A stretch of DNA of 64,000 nucleotides from Laetmonice hystrix (taxonomy: Eukaryota), in the NCBI GenBank assembly GCA_965235115.1, contig OZ249443.1:4402001-4466000 (forward strand), read 5' to 3'. The translations under genes and the position numbers were made by a program. The notes beneath the pieces were generated by a model. That model did not search any database. It had not been told where the DNA came from and saw nothing but the letters and a program-made list of their open reading frames with translations. Positions 1 through 14,082 of this stretch are shown here, one piece after another; positions within the stretch are counted from its first letter, which is position 1, and each line of letters opens with the position of its first letter.

Positions 1-184
1 CAGTGTATTGCCACCCGGCCCGGCCCACCCGACCATAGTATTTTACTAGGATTTATAGCCGTATGTTAATCTCTGTAATTTCGGCAGTCATTTGTCTAGG
101 TCTTTAATGGCCTCCCCATTATGTCAAACACGTATCGTTACGCCCGCGTATGACATTGTTATTCTCACGAGGGAGAGGAAAAAA

Positions 185-2676
185 AGGCAGAAAAATGATG
201 TGTAAGTTGGTATGCTTGCTGTATTGTTACATGATGGTTGTAGTATGTTGGAAAATAGAGCTGTAGTGTCTATACGGTGGATGGATCTTTCTCTGGTATT
301 TTTTAGCGTGGTGTACGACCATGTCCATGATAGGTAAACCCGCCGCTGGCGGAAATATTTTGTACATAGACCGTACACACATCAAGATTAGTTCATCATT
401 TAGCCACCAGTCATTTTGCACAGATTGTACTATGGCCTGAGGATTTGGCAGTTTCCGCACAATTTGTACAAAGGATTATTGCCATTTCTGTATTTGTGGG
501 AGTATTTGCGAGGAGATAGCAGTGACGAGACTGAGACGCCCGGTTAGGGGAGTTAGAAAGCCCCCCTGACCTGGTGACCTGACTGTGTTGACAGGAACCA
601 GGGTGGCCTCGGAGACGTTGTTTGACGATGGTGTCCATCCCAACATTTGAACCTTCCATGTGGCCCCACGTACGCACCAGGTCACATTGTTGGCTTTCAT
701 TGTTCGACATATTCAACTTTATATTTATAAGTAAAAGTTAATATGAGGACATAGAGGTCGTTATACTCGAGACAAATGTGTGTACGGTTGAAAATAACGT
801 ATATAAAACATATTATTGATCAATACATTAAGTTGTAAAGTGTGGTGTCTGTACTCGTTATTATTCTATTTCTGTTCGCAAATTTTCTATAATTATAACA
901 CATGACATGATAAATGACATGTTCATATATAAAAATGGAGTATCCAAGTTACAAGTGGCTTTAGTATTCATAAGACGAGAGCATTACTGCAAATAAATTG
1001 GGAAGTAAATGTCATGACGCGTCATCATTTACTGTGCCTAGTGTGACAGACCCAAAGGTCCTTTAACTGTCAGGTCAGTATTGTGAAGGTCTGGCTCCAA
1101 CGGTCCAAGGTTAGGATACTTTATCGGAGTCTGGGTTTATTATATCCAGTGCTGGGTGGAGCTTCTACTGGAACAGTTCTGATGTCTCTAGTATTAACGT
1201 AAGGGCCATGTCGTATTACCGTAAGGGCCATGTCTACACAACAGTTTACTGTAAGCGGTGCGGTATCGGTTCATCGTTGTTTGCGCCGGAGGACAAGAGC
1301 GATGCATCATTTAAAAAAAAATCATAGGTCCCAATCTGTGGGTTTAGTATGTAGTGAAGGTGATCTTCTTAAGTCATTACGTTGGGTGTTTTGGGAGTCC
1401 ATGTATTACATTTGTATTCTCGTTTAGAGAGGAAGATTATGTACAAAACGGGAGGCGGGAAGGTGTGGCTGTGTGTGTTGCTACCTGAGACCGAATGACC
1501 TCAATGACCTTGCCTTGTGAAGGGCGTTATGTGACCCCTGGTGATTAGGTTCTTTGATCCACTAGACCAGGTGCCAGTGACAGGTTTTCATCCGTCAAAA
1601 CGGTCCGGAATCACTTGATCTCTCTGCTGAACGTTGGCATGATTCTGTGATGTTGATCACAGCGCCACTGGTAAGAACGGACCGAACTACGCCTGATCTT
1701 TGCCGGTGCTTTGACAGAGGCCTCCTCCATTGGTTCGGAGATCAAATTATCCAATGGAAAGCTGAACCAGAACCTTGGTGAGTTGTATATCTGTGCCTCC
1801 AAGCAAACATTATGGCCAGGGAATGAATGCAAGAGGCTAAAGCAATGCGAGACCTTGTGGTAATGGGTGCATGAAGCGTCCAACGATTAGACACCAGGGA
1901 CGGAGGTCTTATAACCTACAAGACATTTCTGAAAAAAGTAATCTGGCGTGCAAAACGTTTTAATTCCCTCTCGCAGTTAGAAAAAGAAAGAAAGTCGTGA
2001 ATTTTAATGGTCTATTGACATGCAGTAAGCGGCTTATAATGTGTTTATCAAATGCTTCACAGGTGTGAAACTAAAAGCAAAATGAGTCTTTAAAACCTGG
2101 AAACGGAATATTAAATGCTGATTCAAGGATGATCTGTGGCCTCGTAACTAGAAATAATAAAGTCTGATGTGGAAGCCCGTGGTAGGCTGGAAACAAGGCC
2201 GTTTGAAGGCTGGATGAATTGCCCCAAGCTGTACCATATCATTCTGTGTGTGCCACCCATGTTGGGTGGTGTTATGATCGCTTGACTGCCAGGTTGGATA
2301 CGTTAATGCCCTATGTTTCCTGTTGCGGGATTTTATTGTCCGTCCTGTATTTACAAATTAACCAAAAATTATCAGAAGCATCCGAAAATTATAGCATAGG
2401 TAATATTATATTGAACAGATGACCTTGGTTTGTGTTAGTATCATTGGAAACTGTGAAAGGGAAACATTTGTTGCTGAATTGGTTTTTAAAAATATTGAAT
2501 CATCTGAGAATCTTAGAAGGGATCCAAGTAATTTATGTTTTACAAAAACAACAAATAAATTGGACAGTGTTATGTAAGAGTATTAACTTTGCGTATTGAG
2601 AACAAATATATGGGTTGTTTGTACGGATTCCCTCAGCCAACCTAAAGTACACCACCTTGTGGGCGGGGATTGAAGA

Positions 2677-2708
<32 letters not shown>

Positions 2709-5700
2709 TCCTCCACTGCAGGCAGCAATCGGTGTAGGCTGTGGTGTCGCCCGCCCTGCCCTGCCCGCCCTGTCGCTGGCCCACGACCTGGCCCTACCAC
2801 GGTGACGTTGGCGGGCTGCGGTCAGAAAGGCCACCGCCGACCTCATACATCATCCCCCACCCTGACAGAAAATCAAACTCAAGCCCCGCGGGCCGAGGGC
2901 CGAGGGGACCCTGCCGGCTCGTCAACATTACAGGCAGGAAAATTGCCTTCCATCACCCGGTGACCAGGCTCACCAGATCCTCACAACCTCAAGCCGGCCA
3001 TATTGAATGTGCGCAGGTCACAGAAAATGAACTCGGGATCGACCTTGGCTTGACCTTCGGATCTCATTTTATAATTAATGTGGGATTATTTTCTGAGGAG
3101 GGAAGACGATGGAATTTGGGGAGTTTTCAAAGGTGGATGCCATTTCATATCGGTCAATCATTTACTTTGAAGGAACAGATGTGATGTTGTAAGATCCCGA
3201 CCTCTTCTACCGATGAAACGGTATACCTGAAGGTGAAACCAAAGCCAGATTTCATAATTCCTTTATTGCATGAAGACTATTAATTAATGTCAGGTTAATT
3301 AAATGTAACACGTTAGAACCATCTGCTCCACTATAAATGAAAAGGGAATTTTTGAAAGGAACTGCTGCCCAAGGACATAATATAGCATGAGTCGGTTACA
3401 ACATGTAAAGATACAAGCGAAGTGTAAAACATGCTGTTATAAAGATAGCATCAAGAGCAGGATTTCATATTCAGCATTGACGTACATGTCCAGTTTCCCG
3501 CTCTATGTATTCGCCGTGTGGTGTTTAATGGAGTGGGAGGAGAGCGATGGTGGAAGGGGGGGGGTGAAAACAGATGGGTCACGTCAGGAACAAGATAAAG
3601 GTTATCTGACCTTGAGACCATGTCATTAAGGCCGCACGCATCATTAGATGGCATTAGGCTATATGCCGGTCTAATTACCGGCTCATCATGTCTCCGGAAA
3701 TAACCCGGCGGGCGGCGGCGGCTGGCCAGGCGAGGCGGGACCCGGGGCCCGCCCAGCCCCTGCCAACGCCCGGCCCGCCCAGCCCCTGCCACCGCCCGGC
3801 CCGCCCAGCCCCTGCCAGCCCCTGCCACCGCCCGGCCTGCTGGCCCCTGCCACCGGTGTTGAAATTACATGATACCTGCCATTATTATGCAATGCCAAGT
3901 AAAGTCTTAGTGTTAACCCCGAGGTGTAGTAAGACTTTAGTATTTGACCCTGAGGCGGAAATTCGAGGCGGTAGGAAGGGTCAAACCCTGGTCTACATGA
4001 TTTCTTGCTCTGCATGTCGTATTGGAGTTTCCCCCAGGGTTCGGGGTTAAGGCTAGAGGCAGGGATAGGGATAGGTTTTTTTTTTTTTTTTTTTTTTTTT
4101 TTGGGGGGGGGGGGGGGGCTAAGAATAGGGGCTCTGGGTTAGTATTAGGTCTGGCGCTAAGAATAATGATAGAATTTTTTTCCCCTCCAAAGTTCATGCA
4201 GCCATTAGCTTTGGGGACCGAGCAGTTCGACCTGTGTCATCCAAACATTGCTGGTGACTGACTGTGGTCATCGGGACGCCAGCCACCAGAGTTGGCGGGT
4301 CAATCAACAGTTGGCTGATTGATAGGTGCTGTGCGACTTGACTTAGTGCAGCTGGGTGAATGTTGCATGGCAAGCTCCAGTCTAATTTCTACCTCAGTTC
4401 CAATCCAGGTTATAGTAGGATTTCAATACATGTACATAAGTCAGTGGTGCTTGCCGTGCAGGAAGTCCAAGTCCTACTTCGGAAATTAATCAATTGTAGA
4501 TGCCTGGGAGATTTTATGCATAATAATGTACATTTCCATTACAATGGATGTGTCACGGTGTCGTGGGGTGTCAACTTTTGTGAAAAGCTGTAATTTCTTA
4601 ATAGCGAATGCCGGTTTTGTGAAAGGATTAAATCGCCTAGCCAACTTTTAATAGCACGGAACTGAGAAATTAAATGTCATCTTTGCAATAAGTAAATTGT
4701 TTTTCATTAATGGAGTTGTCAAGACCGTGTGGCTTGTTCTGCATGGATTAATTGGCGTTAATGTGTTTTAGATGAGAACAAAATTACGGCGCCAATGTTC
4801 AGTAAGGGTATGAGGCATGTTTGACAACTTAGAACATGGCAGTAACAAGTTTGTAAGCTGTGGAATGAGAACGGAGGAGAAGAGAATACAGTGCTGAACC
4901 CACCAAGGCGATTCCCCTTGCGACGCCCATGCGGTTTTGACATCACCCTTTTATTTTACTGTAATTTTGAGATTAAAGGATGGAACCCATTTCCTGAAAC
5001 GGAGAAAGCCAGCCAGGAAAAATTTCAGAGTGAAATTCCACCATTAAATCAAAAACCGCATGGCCGTCGCAAGGGGAATCGCCTTGGTAGGTTCAGCACT
5101 TTAGATGTTGCAGTGGTTCACGGGACATCTGGGGCCCGTCTTACTGACAATGATCCCCAGCAAAATCCCCACCAAAGTCCCCAGATCGGGGATATCCCCG
5201 TTGTGAGGTGTCGTACTGAAAAAGTCCTTCCATTGAGTGTTTGGGAGATGTCCCCAATATAGGGATGGGCTCCTGGCTTCGGACTATCAAGATCACAAAA
5301 TGCCTGTGACCACAGAATTAGAAATGTGCAACGTTTTGGAAATTTAAATGTGTGTTACCAAATATATGCCAAATACATGACTTATCTCTATGAACTTGTG
5401 CCAGCAAGGATAGGGGTGTGTTATGTCGGAAGTGGAGGGGATTAAAGGTTGGTGTAGCTGCCGCGTTTGGTGCACGGAAAAGAACGCAAACCATTTATGA
5501 AAATGAGTAGGGCGTTGTCCTGGTGTGCGGGTTTCTTCCTGTATTATCTGATCGTCATCATCATCACCATCAGCAGACAAGACATGAAAGGCTAGTTCTG
5601 GCTGTGAAGATGGCCAGCAGTTACCGACAGGACATGAAGGGATCAATCACCATCTATAGCCCCGTTAGACCCCCACGGGTGTTAACCCGGCTGTTTGGTG

Positions 5701-8360
5701 TACTGGGCAATGATTTGTTCTGGCGAGACAACTGGAGCTTTGATTTGATGAGGTGTTCAGCGGCTCATACAGTTTGACACCTGGGTGTGGAACAGATTGG
5801 CCTTCAGCCTGCATTCCTAATGAACCCTCCCAGCAAGATGACTCGGGGCTTATCATGGGTCCTCCACTAAACGGAGGGTAACCATAGGAGGCATGGCCTG
5901 GTCCCAGCCGGCTAACGGCTACCGACTGCTTATGTAATAACTAGCAATTATTACGGAATCAAGCCGTTCAGATAAATCCCTTCAGATAAACGCAGGCACA
6001 TGGTCCTTTCAAGTTATTTGCCAAGATGTCAAGGTCTTGCAGAAAGGGAATGCTATTTCCTATTTTATCATTTTCTACCGTTTTTATCTTGGAGGAGAGA
6101 AAGGCTACCTTTAAGATAAGATAAAACGCTTTTTGTTGTTGAACCTTTTGTCAGTTTATGGTTGGGAACTTGCCAGCTGCAGCGATGACATATCCGCTTT
6201 CAAGCCTTGCAGAGATCCTTTTCAGAGCGGAGGGAATCTTTAAAAAGGAGTTGTGTAATCTTTCTTCCATGTAGTGATTTCCCCGGACCAGTGGGCTCTG
6301 CTATTGTCAGGGAAGGGACTACTGCCCAGCAGGAGAGGGACAGTTTAACAGTTTGGTTCAGCATGGAAATGGTTGTGCAGAAAGATGAGCTATACACAAG
6401 TGTTTTAGATTCTGTAAAAGAACCAGATGTTAGGTCATGGATCGGTACCTAGCCACCTGACGAGTCATTATGAAGGCACAGAGGTGACACTTCAGGTTTG
6501 GTCACAATGCGCAGCATGCGGATTCAGTGAAGGAGAACAGGTTTTGTGGTCAGGTCAGGGTTTAATGAGGTTCATGGACCTTGTAATAATGAGGTAATTA
6601 CTGCCAAGGGACGTCTAAATACCAGGTGATGACAGGGCAGGAGCACAGGGTCTGCTATACACAGATATTCAAATAAAGTGTTACATAAATCGGAGGCATC
6701 TTTTGACAGCCATGATTAAAATACACTTGTATTTCATAAAACTCCAAATTCTCAATAATTACTTTGTAATAGCGAACCGGAAGAAGTTGTTTGCTGAATG
6801 TTCTTCGCGGTGCAGTAAATCTGTTTGCACTTCGCTGAGAATGTGATACTCTGTTATCCGCTGAAATAGTTCCGTCTTTTCGAGTCTTGCGGTGTTTTTA
6901 TGTAGCGGACTCTGTGGTATACTGGAGGCGATTGGAGAGGAGGAGTAGGGGGGAGGGGAGGGAATGTGAACCAGATGAGGCCAAATACAATCATGAAAAA
7001 ATCATCATTTTGCTTGGTTGTAGAACGCGTGTTCCAAAAGTCGACCAGATTGAATACACCTGTGATGATATACCAAGAATCTGTTGTTGTTACTGTGAGC
7101 AACTATACTCGTTGCTATGAGTAATGTCAATGTTATACACTAGTTAGTCCATGAGAATCATGTTATTGCCCCTAGTAACCCAGAAATGACAATATAATTA
7201 ATGTACATGTTTTGTTTTTGCAGGTAAGTGGATCTTTGACTGATCCTGAACGGGTCTCATTGCAGTAGTGTGAGTACACAATTTGTTGAACCGGCACTCA
7301 ATGAGAATTATAACTCTACACAGATTGCTGCCGTATTTTGATTTTTGAACTTCATAACATTTCTTGTAATTAGTCTAAGATGTACCTTGACAGTACGTTG
7401 TAGGTTTGTGGCCGTAAAGTGACGGATTAGAACACACAAAGAGATGGTGCAACTGAATGGCCAGAGTTGTATTTTCGATATTTTCCCGTAAACTGATTAG
7501 TGAACATTATGCAAGTTGTTGGGTTTCGTAATATTGTGACAAGCCACCACCAACCAATTGACTGTCCTCTAGGACAAGAAAAGCACACGTTTTCTGTGAA
7601 GACTGATGGTGTGGTTTTATGTGTTTTTTATGAACTTCCTTTCAAACCAGCCTGAGTTTGTGGTGTGTCTGTGGTACGGTCCTAGGTATCTGTGGGGTTG
7701 AGGTCAAATGTGAGACGCCCGATTGCTTTCAATCAGGGTAAAACATTAAAGGGGCGGTCAGTAAGGAGGGTGGGGGTTGGCGGACGCCGGGGTGGAATAG
7801 AAGGGTCTGTTGATTAGAGTGGAGAGGACAGCTGCAAGGTGGGGTAAGGTAGGCATTAGGCCCGGGGGCCGGTTGGTCTTAAAACTGGTATTGTCTGAAA
7901 TTCTCAGTTGAAACGGATGCTTGAATAGGGGTAAGGGGACGGGGCTGCGGCAGGGATGCCACCTGTCTTATTTTACACGTGTAAATGAAGGTGTAATAGA
8001 AGTGAGGTAGATTTGAACGCCATTATGAAAGAATTTGGGTGTAGGTTCAGAAACACGGTGGCGTCACTGGTTTTCTGACCCGGCTGTCTGGAGGCGACCT
8101 TAGCACCATTCAGATCTCGCCATCTTGACGACATTGCCATGATGTTAATTAGTGTAGGCGACAAGAGGGTAGAGTTGAATGAAAATGTCATGGTTTAAGG
8201 TTAGGTAACTAAAGTAAAACAATTAATTAATTTAGGCTGCCAGGTGTGTCATGTGAACCCATTGGCATTGTACTCTGTCTTCCTTTGTTGAGTGGTTACA
8301 GGTGTCGGGACTGGTTGCCACACCTGGGGCAGGGAATGCGTGCGTGCATGCATGTGCATG
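185..8360 (-). mobile_element. Highly decayed DNA-transposon relic, possibly Zisupton/KDZ type (boundaries unknown)
   Basis: Scattered stop- and frameshift-broken - strand peptides in an order compatible with Zisupton: SWIM-like CTCMHARIPCP (~8323-8358), KDZ-like RSE...PEFIFCD (~3018-3064) and LNTQS (~2586-2600), Ulp1/C48-like WWLNDELI (386-409) then HIIFLP (~185-203). Recognised from memory only. Confidence 0.3.
4889..5101. mobile_element. MITE, Tc1/mariner-like
   Basis: ~50 bp terminal inverted repeats (CAGTGCTGAACCCACCAAGGCGATTCCCCTTGCGACG... / ...CGTCGCAAGGGGAATCGCCTTGGTAGGTTCAGCACT), with TA on both flanks (4887-4888, 5102-5103). Confidence 0.75.
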
Positions 8361-8748
8361 AGACGTCAGAGCCCAGACCAGTGTGTGCACAGTGAGAACT
8401 TATAAGGATCCAAAGGAAATTAGTTTGCGAAGTTCCTGTAATTTGCTACATCCTTGAGCAGTAATTCCTTATAAGGAAAAAACGGTATTTTGACGTCACA
8501 ACACATCCAGGCCTCTTGATATAGAAATACCTCATGAGTCTGGGTGTGACTCTTCCAAGAGGCTGGGGAGGAGGCTTCCTGAGGAGGCTTCCTGAGGAGG
8601 ACATCTGGATGGTGAGGGTAAGGACGCAGATCTTACATGGTAATACAGCCCAAATGTTGGATCAGGTAGCCCGGGAGGCCATGAGAACTGGTTTGTCAGA
8701 TCCATCCATGGCAGGAAAGACCTAAATTTTCAGTTGTTCAGAAACCTT

Positions 8749-9792
8749 GAGTTTTTCCTGAGTCTGGGGGCTTGTAACAGCATTATCTAGCGAATTCTTG
8801 ATGGTGTGACCAGAGAGACCAGGGACCTCGAGTTTGTCCTGAGTCTGGGGGCTTGTAACAGCATTATCTAGCGAATTCTTGATGGTGTGACCAGAGAGAC
8901 CAGGGACCTCGAGTTTGTCCTGAGTCTGGGGGCTTGTAATCTAGCGAATTCTTGATGGTGTGACCAGAGGGACCAGGAACCTCGAGTTTGTCCTGAGTCT
9001 GGGGGCTTGTAACAGCATTATCTAGCGAACTCTTGATGGTGTGACCAGAGGGACCAGGGACCTTGAGTTTGTCCTGAGTCTGGGGGCTTGTAACAGCATT
9101 ATCTAGCGAATTCTTGATGGTGTGACCAGAGGGACCAGGGACCTCGAGTTTGTCCTGAGTCTGGGGGCTTGTAACAGCATTATCTAGCGAATTCTTGATG
9201 GTGTGACCAGAGGGACCAGGGACCTCGAGTTTGTCCTGAGTCTGGGGGCTTGTAACAGCATTATCTAGCGAATTCTTGATGGTGTGACCAGAGGGACCAG
9301 GGACCTCGAGTTTGTCCTGAGTCTAGGGGCTTGTAACAGCATTATCTAGCGAATTCTTGATGGTGTGACCAGAGGGACCAGGGACCTCGAGTTTGTCCTG
9401 AGTCTGGGGGCTTGTAACAGCATTATCTAGCGAACTCTTGATGGTGTGACCAGAGGGACCAGGGACCTCGAGTTTGTCCTGAGTCTGGGGGCTTGTAACA
9501 GCATTATCTAGCGAATTCTTGATGGTGTGACCAGAGGGACCAGGGACCTCGAGTTTGTCCTGAGTCTGGGGGCTTGTAACAACATTATCTAGCGAATTCT
9601 TGATGGTGTGACCAGAGGGACCAGGGACCTCAAGTTTGTCCTGAGTCTGGGGGCTTGTAACAGCATTATCTAGCGAATTCTTGATGGTGTGACCAGAGGG
9701 ACCAGGGACCTCGAGTTTGTCCTGAGTCTGGGGGCTTGTAACAGCATTATCTAGCGAATTCTTGATGGTGGGACCAGAGGGACCAGGGACCT
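8749..9792. repeat. 81 bp minisatellite, ~13 copies
   Basis: Unit GAGTTTGTCCTGAGTCTGGGGGCTTGTAACAGCATTATCTAGCGAATTCTTGATGGTGTGACCAGAGGGACCAGGGACCTC; starts at 8830 and 8911; one unit has an 8 bp deletion. Confidence 0.95.
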
Positions 9793-9824
9793 CTCAGCAA
9801 GGATTTCTCTCCGGATACTGATAG

Positions 9825-9840
9825 AACGCCACCTGGTGGA
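9825..9840 (-). promoter_or_regulatory. CTCF-like motif
   Basis: Minus strand TCCACCAGGTGGCGTT matches the CTCF core CCACYAGRKGGCRS. Confidence 0.35.
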
Positions 9841-12800
9841 GTGTGCAGAAGGTGGTATTCTAGCTCCTCCATTGGTGACTGATGTTTAGGGAGGCAGCCT
9901 GAACGTTTTGAGTTCTTGGGAAAGATTGGAAAGGCAACTTTGAGATCACAAACACTGAAGCCAAGAGAATCCATGGTTCCTCAACTTGGAATCAGTTTTA
10001 TTATGTAGTACATGGAGACAGGACCAAGATGATTGAGAGAGATTCAGAGTGTTTTTTTATTGGAGATTGTTGGGTGAAGTGGAGGGAAGCGGAGGGAGCC
10101 GTAACTAGGGGCTGGAGACAGAGCATGACCATCCATAGCGACTGACAGTTGGCCGAGAAAACCCTGTCAACGCTTGGCAGCCTGAACAAATAGTGGCCTT
10201 GTTGGGGGGTAGCGTTTGGTGATTGAAGGTTGCTGGGGGGGGGGGGGGGGGTCGAGCCACCCCCACCCCCACCCCACCACTACAAACGCCCTCCCAATCA
10301 AAACAAACGTTCACGCAGGTGAAGCTCGTCTCCCAACAGTATCTTTCCCGTCCCATTGAGTCTCGACCCCAGACAAAGAGACAGTTTGTTTGACCACACC
10401 ATAGGCCATTGTGCTCAGGTCGGAGGGCAAACCTTTTTTTCAGAAATCTTTTTTAGCCTTTAGTTGCAGTGGTGTATGGGGTGACCAGGTTATCAGGGTG
10501 ACTTCAATACTGTGTTGGTTCAGAGCAATAAGGCGTGCAGACCCATGCGTGCTCTGAGGGCCTAGGAAGATTCACAAACTGCCACAAGCGTAGCGTCTCA
10601 ACCCCCTGGCATTGAGCAGATATTTGCCCTGAAGTCATGCTTGATTAGAATAACATTTATCGCATTAAAAAACAATTTCCATTTTTGAAGTTTTTCTTTT
10701 ACCATACTTGTCCAAAATCATGAGCTGAACTGTAGGGAAGCTACTTCTTACACAAGGTACAGAATTTAACATCTCCAGTGGCTATTCATCGTAAGAGATT
10801 CATGTACCAAGGCAAGGCACATCAACTTTTGCGGGCAAGGTCTGCAGATGGAAGAAATCATGGCCTCTAATGGATGGAAGTGTAGCAGTCAGGCAGTCAA
10901 GGCTGTGTGTGGGGTCGCAGTATATTAACATAATGGACCCAATGCTAGACCTCGAGTAAATTGTGTAGTAGATGAAGTAGATTACTTGATAAGCCTTGGT
11001 ATTATAAATACCACTGGACCAGATTCAAGTGGGGTACGGTATTCAAGTTGGTTTATGGTCTACAATTCAAAACTCTGTCACGGTCACGTCTGCTACCGTT
11101 ATGACAAGAAGCTATAGCAGTATAGTTGAAAAGATTAATTGCAGAAAAGAAGAAGAAGAAAGAAATGGGTGTGTTTCAATTCATTAGGGATGGGCATGCG
11201 TGTTGGCGTCACGTACCTGTTTTTATACTGTCTGTATTGGAGTTGGGTGCGGGCGGGGGCGGAGTGTATGTTGTGTGTATTATCAGTTTATTGAGAGTAG
11301 TGATCATGGCGGCTTCATGTCTTTGTCTTTGATCCAATCGTTGTTATAATGGCATGCCTGCCAGAGCCAGCTGACAGGATCCCTTCCGTGTCAGACGTAC
11401 AAAGGACATTTCCTTACCAGCGCAGGCTCCACTTTAAACGTGAACGGTTGAGAGGTTGGCCATTGTCATGCTACTTGATATCCTGAGGGCCAAGCGAACG
11501 CAGCTGATGCCAACAAATAGAACCATATCAAGGGCGTACAGCGGGCACCTGTCTGCCTGGATATTGATCCAGTTTATTTATACGGAGAGGAGAAAACATG
11601 TGTTCATGACAGAATGTTTCAATTCAACCTGGCCATTTCTTGGTTTAGGAGGAATGCGGCAGTGGCAGGGGGTGGTTGGGCTTTTCTTGTCTTGTCATTA
11701 GACCCATGTGGAAAGTATTGGCACATGGGGATTCGACTCACTAACGGTCATGATTGTAGGCATTGCAAAAACCTGCGGGTGAAAATCTTTAATTGAAATG
11801 AACAGTCATTGTCTGCCAAGGCGTGTTAGTTCAGACTTTGCCGCCATTGCAGATTTTTAGTTCTTTCCCGCCAAATTTCGTGAAATTTTATCCAATTCTG
11901 GGAGAAGTAAATATCTAATGCTGGGCCGATCTAGACGTGGTGTGACCAAAGAACACATCGGGACCAGCTGAACTGAAGTGTTAAGTAACCAGGTCAACCC
12001 AGCCACTGTCAGCACTGACGGCGGCTGTAAACGCTGACTTGGATAATTAATGCAGTTCTTTATACATTTTGTACTTAGTCTCACTTTGTGTCGGCTGCCG
12101 AACGTAGTGACCTCTGACCCGGCCCAGTGGGGTGACCTTGGCAGGTCAGTAACCTTGACCTGTCAGTCTGACCCAAGCAGAGATCTATCTACATAAGGTC
12201 AGCTGTTACCGGAGTGGCACGGAGGTCAGCTACGAGTTCTGTTGGCAATTGTAATTTATTGTAACATATTGAGGACCAGGTTCCTTACATGTTGGGAATT
12301 AACGCTTTAAGATATCCAAACCACGCCAAAAATGCCTGAATTTTAAGTCATCTCCTGAAATAATACTCTTGAAAAGGGCGAAAACAGGTACGAGGGAGTG
12401 TTCGCCGACAGTACTGGAAGAGTATAAGTGAAGCGTAAGTGAGAAAAAGACGGTGTAGATGTCAGATCCTATATTTACTAGTGAACACAGCCGGAGGAAG
12501 ACTCTCCCTGTTAATTGGACACGTTGAATTATGCTTTACGTCTCTGATACATGTCAGGTTTTTCAGGCGAACTAATAAGGCATTCAGGAACATTCATTGC
12601 TCCTCGCCTGCCCTCTGACCAAAAAATGTTCATGAATCATTTTGAAAAAAATGTCGCACAACTACAAGGTAGCCCTTGGAGGTTTTTCTTACAAACAGTG
12701 TGGCAATGTGGAAAAGAAAACCACGGTAGCCGATCTCCGTGAGGGATGTTAGAAAGAAAGGAAATCGACAAAGAATTGTTAGCAGGATGTCAATGAGAGG

Positions 12801-13063
12801 GAACCTACCCCGCCTTGCCAGCCCCAAGACAGTAGCTCGGCAGATTTATAGGCCGGCTCCGGGAGAGGTATGACGGCTGAGTTTCCTGCAAGGGGATTTA
12901 TAGAAGACATATATAACAACGATAGCGTATCTAGACAGACATGAGACGGCAGGCTCCCAGATGATCCGCTCGTCAAGCCAAGCCGAGGACCGGGAGTCTG
13001 TGCAGGCCTTGTCACACATCAGATTGAGGAAGACAACTAATGGGTCGCCTCGGCTTCTTGATA

Positions 13064-13156
13064 GAGGCATGGAATCCATGGTGAACTCTTTGATTGAGGC
13101 ACGGAATCCATAGTGAACTCCTTGATTGAGGCACGGAATCCATGGTGAACTCCTTG
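13064..13156. repeat. 32 bp tandem repeat, ~3 copies
   Basis: GAGGCACGGAATCCATGGTGAACTCCTTGATT at 13064, 13096 and 13128. Confidence 0.9.
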
Positions 13157-13360
13157 TCTCTTTAACAGGAATTCTCTCCAGCTTCTGTATTTCATGTTCT
13201 TTTAATTTTATGTAAAAACCTTCCGTAGCCGAGGGGAGGAACTGGCGGAGCTGATTCATCAGTGTGTAGACTGATCGGAGGAGCGTTTATTAGGAACAGT
13301 GGCCGGAGGAGGAGTTGGGGGGGATAGAAAGGTACTCATCTGTTTCACCGAGGGCTTCTT

Positions 13361-14082
13361 GGATCCCAACGTCGCCGACCACTTGATGGCGCAGCAGCCA
13401 TGGCAGCCGTCAGGATCCCAACGTCACCGACCACTTGATGGCGCAGCAACCATGGCAGCCGTCAGGATCCCAACGTCACCGACCACTTCATGGCGCAGCA
13501 ACCATGGCAGCCGTCAGGATCCCAACGTGACCCACCACTTGATGGCGCAGCAACCATGGCAGCCGTCAGGATCCCAACGTGACCCACCACTTGATGGCGC
13601 AGCAACCATGGCAGCCGTCAGGATCCCAACGTCACCGACCACTTGATGGCGCAGCAGCCATGGCAGCCGTCAGGATCCCAACGTGACCGACCACTTGATG
13701 GCGCAGCAGCCATGGCAGCCGTCAGGATCCCAACGTCGCCGACCACTTGATGGCGCAGCAGCCATGGCAGCCGTCAGGATCCCAACGTCACCGACCACTT
13801 GATGGCGCAGCAGCCATGGCAGCCGTCAGGATCCCAACGTCACCGACCAGTTGATGGCGCAGCAGCCATGACAGCCGTCAGGATCCCAACGTCACCGACC
13901 ACTTCATGGTGTAGCAGCCATGGCAGTCGTCAGGATCCCAACGTCACCGACCACTTGATGGCGCAGCAACCATGGCAGCCGTCAGGATCCCAACGTCACC
14001 GACCACTTGATGGCGCAGCAACCATGGCAGCCGTCAGGATCCCAACGTCACCGACCACTTGATGGCGTAGCAGCCATGGCAG
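13361..14082. repeat. 52 bp minisatellite, ~14 copies
   Basis: Unit GGATCCCAACGTCACCGACCACTTGATGGCGCAGCAGCCATGGCAGCCGTCA; period 52 is not a multiple of 3. Confidence 0.95.
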
